DNA from: Acidimicrobiia bacterium
GTDB taxonomy: Bacteria > Actinomycetota > Acidimicrobiia > Spongiisociales > ZC4RG35
NCBI GenBank assembly: GCA_965215185.1
Contig: OZ244034.1
Location: 1,376,001 to 1,440,000 of the forward strand
Direction: 5' to 3'
Length of the DNA stretch: 64,000 nucleotides
The notes under the pieces were generated by a model. It saw only the letters and a program-made list of their open reading frames with translations. It was not told the DNA's origin and did no database searches. The first letter of the stretch is position 1; each line of letters starts with the position of its first letter. Below are positions 41,274 to 49,098 of the stretch, piece by piece. A program made the translations under genes and the position numbers.

Positions 41274-43817
41274 ATGCTCCGCGCTGCGGTCAAAGCGATG
41301 TGGGGGCACAAGCTGCGGCTGACCCTCACCGCTTTATCAATCGTGCTGGGGGTGGCGTTCGTGGTGGGCAGTTTTGTGTTCACCGACACCATCCAAGACG
41401 GTTTCGACAAACTGTTCGGGGACGCCTACGCCGGCGTGGACGTACAGGTCGAGGCCGAGGTCTCCGATTTCGCCCAGCAGGGAGAAAATGTCCCCTCCTT
41501 TGACGAAGCAGTATTGGATCAAATCGCTTCTGTCCCCGGAGTGCAAGTGGCGGTGCCGTCGGTGAGAGGTTTCGCGCAACTGCTGGACTCCGAAGGCGAT
41601 CTTCTGGGCATCACCGGGCCCCCCAAATTCGCCTTCTCGTGGGTGGACTCCCCCACTGTTAACAGATTGACCATCCTGGAAGGCGATGGCCGACCGCCCG
41701 AGGGGCCGGGTGAGGTGGTGGTGGATCTCCAAACCGCAGAGGCTTTTGACATAGCCCTCGGCCAGGAGGTGGACGTGGCGTTCGAGGACGGCAAGGGCCG
41801 CTTTCAGGTGGTAGGTCTGGCCACTTCGGTGAGCCAGACCGACTTTGGCTCCAGTTCGCTCCTGCTATTCGAGCACCGAGAGACCCAACGCCTGTTGGGC
41901 TTGGAGGGGAACCTCACCGCCATCGTCGTCCAAGCCGAACAGGGTGTTTCCCCCGAGGCGCTGTTGGAGAGAATCGAGGCGGCACTTCCCGAGGGCTTGA
42001 CGGCGGCCACCGGTGAACAACTCGAGCAATCGGTAACGGAAGAACTGGAGACCGGTCTGGGGTTTTTCAACACCGCCCTCTTGGTGTTCGCGGCGGTGGC
42101 CGTACTGGTGGGCGCCTTCATCATCCAGAACACCTTCCGGATCATCGTCGCCCATCGGCTTCGGGAACTGGCGCTATTGCGGGCGATCGGGGCCACCTCC
42201 CGTCAGATAGTGCGGATGGTGGTTACCGAGGCGGCGTTGGTCGGGGTGATGGCGTCAGCATTGGGGGTGGGCGCCGGGGTGTTGCTGGCCTATGGCATGA
42301 GGGAAGCGCTGGGGCTGGTGGGATTCTCCTTCCCCCGCGGCGACCTGATGGTCCAATCACGCACCATCGTGCTGGGAATGGTGGTGGGGGTGGTGATCAC
42401 GGTGGCTTCGGCGCTGCTACCCGCCATTAAGGCCTCTTCCGTACCGCCAGTGGCCGCTCTACGAGCCGGCACCGGCCACACCAAACGCGCTTCGCTTCGC
42501 AACCGGGCCATCATCGGATCGTCGGTCACCGGACTGGGCATTGCCGGGCTGGTGGTGGGGCTGGTGTGGCTAGGAATTACCTACGTGGGCGCAGGCGCTC
42601 TGCTTCTGTTCCTGGGGGTGGCCATTCTGGCTCCGCTGGTGGCCCGCCCGGCAGGATCATTCTTGGGATGGCCCCTCCCCCGTCTGTTCGGTCTGCCCGG
42701 ACTGTTGGCCAAAGAAAACACCCGTCGTCAACCTCGCCGCACCGCCGCCACCGCCTCGGCGTTGATGATCGGAATCGCCCTGGTCTCTTTCGTGGCGGTG
42801 CTGTCCAGTTCCATTAGCGCCTCGGTGAAACAATCGCTGCTTGAGGCCTTCGCCGCCGATCTGACCATAACTTCGCTCAACTTCAACACCGGGGTGAGTT
42901 CCGAATTTATAGATGACATTTCCCAATTGGACGACCTGGCTGCCGTCTCACCGGTGAGAGTGAGCCAAGTGAGGATCACCACCGCCGACGAGTCACAGGA
43001 GGAGGTGACCACCATCGCCGCTATCGATCCCGCCACCGTTGAGCAGGTGTGGGCAACGGGCGCCGAACCGGGAATCGAAGCGGTGGTGGAAGGAATGATC
43101 GTGGAGACCAACCAGATGGAAGACCGCGGGTGGGCAGTGGGCGACACCCTCACCCTGGAATTTCCCACCGACGAGAGCACCGACCTGCAGATCACCGGGA
43201 CCCTGGCCTCGGAGGCGTTCGGGGGGATCCTCATCTCCGAAGAGCGATTCGTCAAGTATTACCCGGACACCGCACCCACCCTGGTGCTGGTGGCGGTCGG
43301 CGAAGGAATCGTACTGGAAGAAGCACAGCAACGGGTACAGGATCTGGCGGCCGACTATCCGCTGGTGCAGATCCAGACCAAGAGCGAATTCGCCGCCGAC
43401 TTCGAAAACCAGATCAACCAGTTGGTGGCGGTATTCAACGGGCTTCTGGCACTGGCCATCGTCATCGCCATCTTGGGTATCACCAACACCCTGGCGCTAT
43501 CCATCACCGAACGGATCCGAGAGATCGGGTTGTTGCGGGCGGTGGGGATGGTCCGCCGCCAGGTGCGCCGCATGGTCCGATGGGAAGCGGTGATCGTGGC
43601 GGTGTTCGGCGCCGTCCTGGGGGTGCTGCTGGGCGTCGTCCTAGGATGGGCAGTGCGACTCGCCCTCGCCGACGACGGTCTGGAAGTGTTCAGCCTTCCC
43701 ACAACCCAACTGCTCATCTACGTGGCTCTGGCCGGTGTAGCCGGAGTGCTAGCCGCCATCCTCCCCGCCCGGTCGGCCAGCCGCATCAAGATCTTGGACG
43801 CCATCGCCTACGAATAG
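41274..43817 (+). CDS. ABC exporter permease (duplicated FtsX-like domains)
   Basis: Two FtsX-like motifs (RELALLRAIGA; ERIREIGLLRAVG) with large extracytoplasmic loops. Confidence 0.92.
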   Translation: MLRAAVKAMWGHKLRLTLTALSIVLGVAFVVGSFVFTDTIQDGFDKLFGDAYAGVDVQVEAEVSDFAQQGENVPSFDEAVLDQIASVPGVQVAVPSVRGFAQLLDSEGDLLGITGPPKFAFSWVDSPTVNRLTILEGDGRPPEGPGEVVVDLQTAEAFDIALGQEVDVAFEDGKGRFQVVGLATSVSQTDFGSSSLLLFEHRETQRLLGLEGNLTAIVVQAEQGVSPEALLERIEAALPEGLTAATGEQLEQSVTEELETGLGFFNTALLVFAAVAVLVGAFIIQNTFRIIVAHRLRELALLRAIGATSRQIVRMVVTEAALVGVMASALGVGAGVLLAYGMREALGLVGFSFPRGDLMVQSRTIVLGMVVGVVITVASALLPAIKASSVPPVAALRAGTGHTKRASLRNRAIIGSSVTGLGIAGLVVGLVWLGITYVGAGALLLFLGVAILAPLVARPAGSFLGWPLPRLFGLPGLLAKENTRRQPRRTAATASALMIGIALVSFVAVLSSSISASVKQSLLEAFAADLTITSLNFNTGVSSEFIDDISQLDDLAAVSPVRVSQVRITTADESQEEVTTIAAIDPATVEQVWATGAEPGIEAVVEGMIVETNQMEDRGWAVGDTLTLEFPTDESTDLQITGTLASEAFGGILISEERFVKYYPDTAPTLVLVAVGEGIVLEEAQQRVQDLAADYPLVQIQTKSEFAADFENQINQLVAVFNGLLALAIVIAILGITNTLALSITERIREIGLLRAVGMVRRQVRRMVRWEAVIVAVFGAVLGVLLGVVLGWAVRLALADDGLEVFSLPTTQLLIYVALAGVAGVLAAILPARSASRIKILDAIAYE

Positions 43818-43945
43818 GCAGCCTCAAACATACCTCCAGCGGCGGATATACCTTGGCGAGGAGTCGGCACGGGTTGGCGCCGTTGCGTTTCTCCGTGAGT
43901 CGCGCTAGCCCCGCCTTTGCCCACTGGCGGCCTATAGTGCACGAA

Positions 43946-44941
43946 ATGGAACAAATGCTTTTACGCCAACCACTGCCGCAACTCGACCTCGCCCTCACCC
44001 CCACCCCGCTTCATGAGTTCCCCCGATTGAGGGAAGCGTGGGGTGGTCCCCATATCTGGGTGAAGCGCGACGACCTGACCGGCTTCGGCCTGTCCGGCAA
44101 CAAGGTCCGAAAATTGGAGTTTCACCTGGCGGCGGCTCGCGAGGCGGGCACCGACACGGTGATCACATGCGGGGCGTTCCAGTCGAACCATTGCCGGGCT
44201 ACAGCACTGGCTTGCGCCCGGCTCGGTTTCGATGTGCGGTTGGTGCTTCGCACCCCCGACGGAAAGAAACCGACCACGACGGTGGCCAATCTGATCATCA
44301 ACATGCTGGCCGGGGCCACTATCCGTTACATATCACAGGAAGAGTGGAAGGACCGGGATGCCATCATGGCCGATGAAGCGGCCAAGTTGGCCGCCGAGGG
44401 CCGCACGGCGTTTGTGATTCCCCAGGGGGCGTCCGACAGGCTGGGGATGTGGGGGATGTCGCTGGGCTTTCAGGAGTTGGTAGAGCAGATTCCCCGAGAG
44501 ATCGGCGCCGAGGTCGCTGAGGTGTGGCACACCGGCTCTTCGGGAGGCACTACCTCCGGCTTCGGCTGGGCGGCGGACCGGACCGGTTTCCAGACCCCGC
44601 TGGTAGCTCTCTGCATATCGGAGCCGGCCGACTCCTTAGAGGCGCGTGTGCAGCAAATTTGGAAATCCGGGGTCGAAGCCTTCGGAGGGGAGATGCCGTC
44701 ACCACGCCTCGAGTACATAGACCGCTACCTGAGCGGTGGATATGCCATGGCCAGCGACGAACAGCTTGAGGTACAGGCCGAGGCCACCCGGCTCACCGGT
44801 TTGCTGTTCGACTCTACGTACACCGGAAAGGCGATCTATGGCTTGCGGAAGGAGATCGCCGCGGGCCGATTCGAAGACGACGACCATCTTGTCTTCTGGC
44901 ACACCGGAGGAGGATTCGGCGCCTTGGTCGACCTGGGTTAG
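43946..44941 (+). CDS. D-cysteine desulfhydrase / ACC-deaminase family PLP enzyme
   Basis: KRDD..SGNKVRKL, QSNH, SSGGT, YTGK and HTGG. Thr at the two diagnostic positions favours desulfhydrase over ACC deaminase. Confidence 0.88.
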   Translation: MEQMLLRQPLPQLDLALTPTPLHEFPRLREAWGGPHIWVKRDDLTGFGLSGNKVRKLEFHLAAAREAGTDTVITCGAFQSNHCRATALACARLGFDVRLVLRTPDGKKPTTTVANLIINMLAGATIRYISQEEWKDRDAIMADEAAKLAAEGRTAFVIPQGASDRLGMWGMSLGFQELVEQIPREIGAEVAEVWHTGSSGGTTSGFGWAADRTGFQTPLVALCISEPADSLEARVQQIWKSGVEAFGGEMPSPRLEYIDRYLSGGYAMASDEQLEVQAEATRLTGLLFDSTYTGKAIYGLRKEIAAGRFEDDDHLVFWHTGGGFGALVDLG

Positions 44942-45003
44942 TGGAACAAAACCAGGGAATTCCCGGTGCCCAGAGGTGCACCGTTGCCTGCCTCATCATG
45001 GGG

Positions 45004-45552
45004 TCAAGTCTCTTTGAGCATCTCGGCGTAACAAGCGGACCGCTCGGTCGGTGTCCATAGCGAGCAGTCGGCACACTTGGCGCCGTTGCTGACCTCGGTC
45101 TGGTAATAGAGGCAGCAGGCCTTGCGCCCCCACACCCATCGCAGATCCTCGCCGATCCGGACGACCCGACCCGACCGGCGTAGACCGCCGCGCGCGGTGG
45201 CGAAGAAACCCTCGACAAGGCGGCTGATCCGTTCGGCATCGTCTGAGAGCGGCCCAACGAAGGCGCCGAAGGATGCGGCACACGACGACCCGACATTTCC
45301 CCACAGCAACGCCTCACCGATGAGCATCGACCGGTGAACGGCATCGACGAACGAAGCCAGGTGCTCATCGATCAGCACACGATGGAGCACGGCCAAGTCA
45401 CCGTCGGCCTCCACCAACTCCGCGCTGTCCAGTCGGACGGCGTTGAGGCGATGCTGGTCCAAAGCGATCGCCGTGGTCTCCGGGCGGACCGAAAGCACAT
45501 CGCCCGATAGCACAAACGACCCGATAGCAACCGAAGCGATCCGATAGACGTA
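45004..45552 (-). pseudogene. 3' part of FhuF-like ferric-siderophore reductase (2Fe-2S), split by an IS
   Basis: LWGNV and R..CCLYY...C..C motifs; joins in frame to 47493-47284. Confidence 0.85.
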
Positions 45553-45790
45553 CCGTTCCTTTTTGGATAGATGATTGTTCCTATCCCGGCGTCCCGAACG
45601 ATCTTGAACGCCTGTGCAACTCACTAATCAGGGTTCCGTCCCGACGGTCGTAACACCCACAGAATGTGAGCGCTCGCGCCGGTCGTTGTCTGATGTGTGC
45701 GCCATGCCAGTTGCATTAGCGGTCTGCTGGACAGTTGCTTTCCCGTACCGATCCTCCGGTAGGCAAGGGCTCTGACTGCTTTTGCGCTTC
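45553..45790 (-). ncRNA. Predicted omegaRNA scaffold overlapping the tnpB 3' end and the right end
   Basis: Hairpins TACCG/CGGTA (45761-45746), GGCGTTC/GGACGCC (45612-45588) and GGATAG/CTATCC (45586-45565); loop CGTTC is complementary to terminal GAACG. The 5' limit is a guess. Confidence 0.55.
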
Positions 45791-47202
45791 TCGCTATATC
45801 CCTGGCTTCTTCTGCCGATCACCACTGCGGCCGCCTGGTGGCGGTCGCCGCGTTGTCGGCGAGATCTGTCTAAAGGCTTCTTCCAGTATCTGGCTCCCCA
45901 GATACTGGTGTAGGCCGGATCCACCGCTATCACGGTCATACCGTTGCGGTAGGCCGCAGAGGCAATGGTGTGGACGAACTTGGCGGTGGGTAAACCGCAC
46001 ACCTTGCGGCGGGTGGTCTTGCCTGCCTTGCCTCTGCGTCCTCTTTGTCTGGTGCGAATGTCGGTGAAGTTGAGTTTCTCGATAGCTATTACCGTCACAC
46101 CCTGGCGTTGTGCCCACTTGACGAGTTGGCTCACCGTTTCCCTAAGCGCACCGAGACGGTGCGCCGAAGAACCCCTCTCAGGGATGTTCTTTCTGATAGG
46201 CCTGCCTACCGGGTTACCGTGAACATCCAAAATCCGTGCGTCCACATGTCCCGAGTTGAGATCTATCGCCAGACACCTGCCTAACTTAGCGGCCTCTTTG
46301 ACTCCGCGTTTCTCCTTGGGTGGCTGAGACCACGACGCGGTGATGTACCAGCGCTCTCTATCCGCATCAAAGCGGATGGAGTATCCGACCGCCCGGTCTG
46401 CGCTGGCCTGCGCTTCCCACTCGCCAGCGAGGTGATGCCACTGCACCGGATTGGAAAGCCAGTAGGTAGGTGTCCTGCCCGGCGTGTTGGACAGATAAGC
46501 AAGGGGCGAAGGTAGGCGGATAGTCACGGTGTATTCATCGTTGCCGTGAGGGGCCACCCTGATGGTCTCGTTACCGAACGCCTTACCCGCCTCGCCGTCT
46601 GCGGAGATGAACATCCGCTTGGTGTCCCAGTGGTAGCGCCACTCCTCCAAGGTGAGTCCTGCTTCTTTCAGGTTGTGGCGATTGAAAGCCAGGCGGTTGC
46701 CGCCCAAGACTATGGAGAGACGGCCCTCCGCCAGGCGCTGTTCGGTGTCGGACAACCTGGCAGCGAGCTTCTGGCGGCGGCGCTGCTTCTGGTAACGCTC
46801 GGAACGAGTCGCGTATCCTCGCTTCTTCTTCTTTCCCTTGCCGACCGGCAAAGCGAGGCGGCGATCCAACTCGGCCAACTCCTTACGATCCCGATACTCC
46901 AAGTCTTCCAGGTTGAGTAGTTCTCTTTCCCACATGTCATCGGTAGTGCGGGTAATGGCACCCGCCCAGCGGGAAGAACAATGTGGAGTCAGGGAGCGTT
47001 TGCGATTGGCGCGCCCCAGGTGCTTGTCACCCGCTCCGAGGCGACACCGGGTTGCCAGGTCGGAACGCAACAGACCACCCAGGTGGTCACCTATCTCTCG
47101 CAACACTGTCTCGTCGGAGTCCGATGGGAACAGACGAGTTCTGGCGCTCACCGCCCGCGGGGGCCCTACCACAAAAGGATCGATCAGAGCACGCCTGGTC
47201 AC
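45628..47202 (-). CDS. tnpB: TnpB-related RuvC protein (actinobacterial long form)
   Basis: RuvC-I LAIDLN, RuvC-II IAIEKLNF, VDPAYTS, RuvC-III-like DRHQAAAVVIGRR; Arg/Lys-rich. Confidence 0.85.
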   Translation of the reverse strand: MTRRALIDPFVVGPPRAVSARTRLFPSDSDETVLREIGDHLGGLLRSDLATRCRLGAGDKHLGRANRKRSLTPHCSSRWAGAITRTTDDMWERELLNLEDLEYRDRKELAELDRRLALPVGKGKKKKRGYATRSERYQKQRRRQKLAARLSDTEQRLAEGRLSIVLGGNRLAFNRHNLKEAGLTLEEWRYHWDTKRMFISADGEAGKAFGNETIRVAPHGNDEYTVTIRLPSPLAYLSNTPGRTPTYWLSNPVQWHHLAGEWEAQASADRAVGYSIRFDADRERWYITASWSQPPKEKRGVKEAAKLGRCLAIDLNSGHVDARILDVHGNPVGRPIRKNIPERGSSAHRLGALRETVSQLVKWAQRQGVTVIAIEKLNFTDIRTRQRGRRGKAGKTTRRKVCGLPTAKFVHTIASAAYRNGMTVIAVDPAYTSIWGARYWKKPLDRSRRQRGDRHQAAAVVIGRRSQGYSEKRKSSQSPCLPEDRYGKATVQQTANATGMAHTSDNDRRERSHSVGVTTVGTEP

Positions 47203-47255
47203 AACGACACTCGCATCATGGTCTGCTGCAAAAAGGTTCCGCAGCCATCAACAAC

Positions 47256-47283
47256 AGTCTACTGAAACGGGAACAGTTGGCAA
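47256..47283 (-). promoter_or_regulatory. Putative promoter at the element left end
   Basis: TTGCCA-N16-TAGACT beginning at the first base of the element and pointing to tnpB. Confidence 0.45.
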
Positions 47284-47493
47284 CCCCTGGACAAAAAGCG
47301 ACATTGCCACCATGTCGTCGTCGGTGCCCCAGCCTGCGGCAGTTGACCGCCCGACTTCCAGCAGCCGCGGCGGGTGGGCGACCAGATCGTCGCAAGGCAA
47401 CCACTGCAGACCTTCGCTTGCGTCCACCGTGATCTGCAGGTAATCGATGGTCGACAACAGCTCTTCCACGACCTTCCGCCCCCGGTCTTCCAT
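47284..47493 (-). pseudogene. 5' part of FhuF-like ferric-siderophore reductase (70 codons)
   Basis: GGGAG RBS, ATG 47493, MEDRG...VAMSLFVQG up to the IS junction. Confidence 0.8.
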
Positions 47494-47569
47494 GTCGCTC
47501 CCTTCAGTACTGCTGTGGACGCCTTGGCCATCCCGAAGATACAGGTTGGAAACGGAACCTTGTTTTTAC

Positions 47570-47598
47570 TTGTAATCGAACATATGTTCGATTACTCT
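47570..47598 (+). promoter_or_regulatory. LexA (SOS) box inside the promoter of imuB-dnaE2
   Basis: TCGAAC-ATAT-GTTCGA (47576-47591) within a perfect 24-bp palindrome, between TTGTAA (-35) and TACTCT (-10) with 17-bp spacing. Confidence 0.9.
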
Positions 47599-47639
47599 AT
47601 ACGGATTCCCAAGCGGGGGAAGAAACCGAAGGAGGTGCA

Positions 47640-49085
47640 ATGCGGATTGCCTGTCTGCTCGTCTCTCATCTGAGAGCCAAGTCTGAGATGCGCCGCGACG
47701 CGCATCTGAAAAACCAACCGGCAGTGATCATCGATCAGACCGGACCCATCCCCCGGGTGGTAGATCACACTCCCCAAGCCTTTCAGGTGAACGCTGGAAT
47801 GCCATTGGAGCAGGCCATATCCCGCCATGAGAACACCCTCGTCCTAGAGGCGGACGAGCCCTATTACCAGAAAGTGTTTGACGATGTGCTCAAGTCCCTG
47901 GCGGACGTGAGCCAACGTGTGGAGGGTCTGGAACTTGGCACGGCTTATGTGCGCCTTGACGGTTCGAGAGCTCTGTACGGCGGCGAGGACCGTTTGGTGT
48001 ACACCCTCTTGGGAGTCATCCCTCACGATTTGGAACCGGCGGTGGGAGTGGGTGACGCCAAATTCCCCGCCTTCGTAGCAGCGCGGACCGGAAAGGCGCT
48101 GGAAGTGACCTGGGTCCCTTCCAATACCACTCGCTTCCTCTCCTCCCATTCCATCGACCTTCTTCCCCTCTCGGCGGAGATCAAAACAAGCCTGCGCCTG
48201 TTTGGCCTGCACACCATGGGAGAAGTCGCCAAGCTGCCCAAAGGGCTCCTCACCGATCAGTTCGGCTGGGAAGGATGGCAAGCGTGGTCTCTCTGCAACG
48301 GAGTAGACGAGCGTCCCCTGATTCCCATGGAAGCGACAGCGACCATCGTCGAACATACCTCTTTTCCTGACCATGCGGCCTCTTTGGAACTCTTTTTGGT
48401 AACAGTGGACATCCTTTTGAAGAAGGCCTTTCACCGGCCGGGCATGTTGGGAAGACAGGCAACCGGCGTGACCTTGGAATGCACTGCGGAGGGCGCCCCG
48501 TCATGGAAACAGTCGTTCCATTTCAAGCGGGGTATCCACAGGTGGGAGGAAGCCTTTTCGATCATCAGAAACCAACTGAAGATGAACCCTCCCCGGATCC
48601 CCATCGAAGAGATCCGATTGACCCTGACCAATCTCAGCGGAGCGTCAGGCGTGCAGTTGGGGCTCTGGGCGGATCCCAAGAAAATCAAGTGGCGACGGAT
48701 CAGGGAAGTGGAGAAACAACTTCAGGCCCGAATGCGAGGAGACCACATCCTGCACCGGGTGGTACAGGTGGCTCCCTGGCATCCGGCGCCGGAGATGCGG
48801 GCCTTCCAGGTTCCGATTGATCGATCGGGAAGTTACCCCATCAAACCCGTCGTGACGCCCACCCGGGTACCCGTCCAGGAAGGCGCTCATCACCAACCGA
48901 CGGCCGTGCTATTGGGAGACCGATGGCATCAAGTGAACCGAGTGGCCGATCTTTGGACGTTCGACCTGTGGTGGTTGCCGAAACCGATCACCCGCACCTA
49001 TTACCGGCTGAGCGGAGATGACGGGCGGCAGATCACCCTTTTCTATGACCAGAGAGGGAACCACTGGTACAGGCAGAGTGGATAA
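47640..49085 (+). CDS. imuB: ImuB/ImuY-like inactive Y-family polymerase with a C-terminal DUF6504-like domain
   Basis: Y-family fold lacking the catalytic acidic motifs; clamp-like QLGLW; tail W..D.WW...R.YYRL...LF.D...W; upstream of dnaE2. Confidence 0.75.
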   Translation: MRIACLLVSHLRAKSEMRRDAHLKNQPAVIIDQTGPIPRVVDHTPQAFQVNAGMPLEQAISRHENTLVLEADEPYYQKVFDDVLKSLADVSQRVEGLELGTAYVRLDGSRALYGGEDRLVYTLLGVIPHDLEPAVGVGDAKFPAFVAARTGKALEVTWVPSNTTRFLSSHSIDLLPLSAEIKTSLRLFGLHTMGEVAKLPKGLLTDQFGWEGWQAWSLCNGVDERPLIPMEATATIVEHTSFPDHAASLELFLVTVDILLKKAFHRPGMLGRQATGVTLECTAEGAPSWKQSFHFKRGIHRWEEAFSIIRNQLKMNPPRIPIEEIRLTLTNLSGASGVQLGLWADPKKIKWRRIREVEKQLQARMRGDHILHRVVQVAPWHPAPEMRAFQVPIDRSGSYPIKPVVTPTRVPVQEGAHHQPTAVLLGDRWHQVNRVADLWTFDLWWLPKPITRTYYRLSGDDGRQITLFYDQRGNHWYRQSG

Positions 49086-49098
49086 ACAGGAGGGATGT

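Larger units (their letters stand above)
45553..47283 (-). mobile_element. Non-autonomous IS607-like element carrying only tnpB (1731 bp)
   Basis: Removal restores CAG GGG TAC (Q-G-Y) of the fhuF-like gene; GG at both junctions; no terminal inverted repeats and no transposase. Confidence 0.85.

Noticed and set aside
43946-44941. ACC deaminase (acdS)
   Set aside because: It has YTGK and HTGG rather than the YEGK and HLGG diagnostic of true ACC deaminases.
45553-47283. IStron (group I intron-IS fusion) or Cas12 locus
   Set aside because: Only ~80 bp lie before tnpB, too short for a group I intron core, and no CRISPR array is adjacent.
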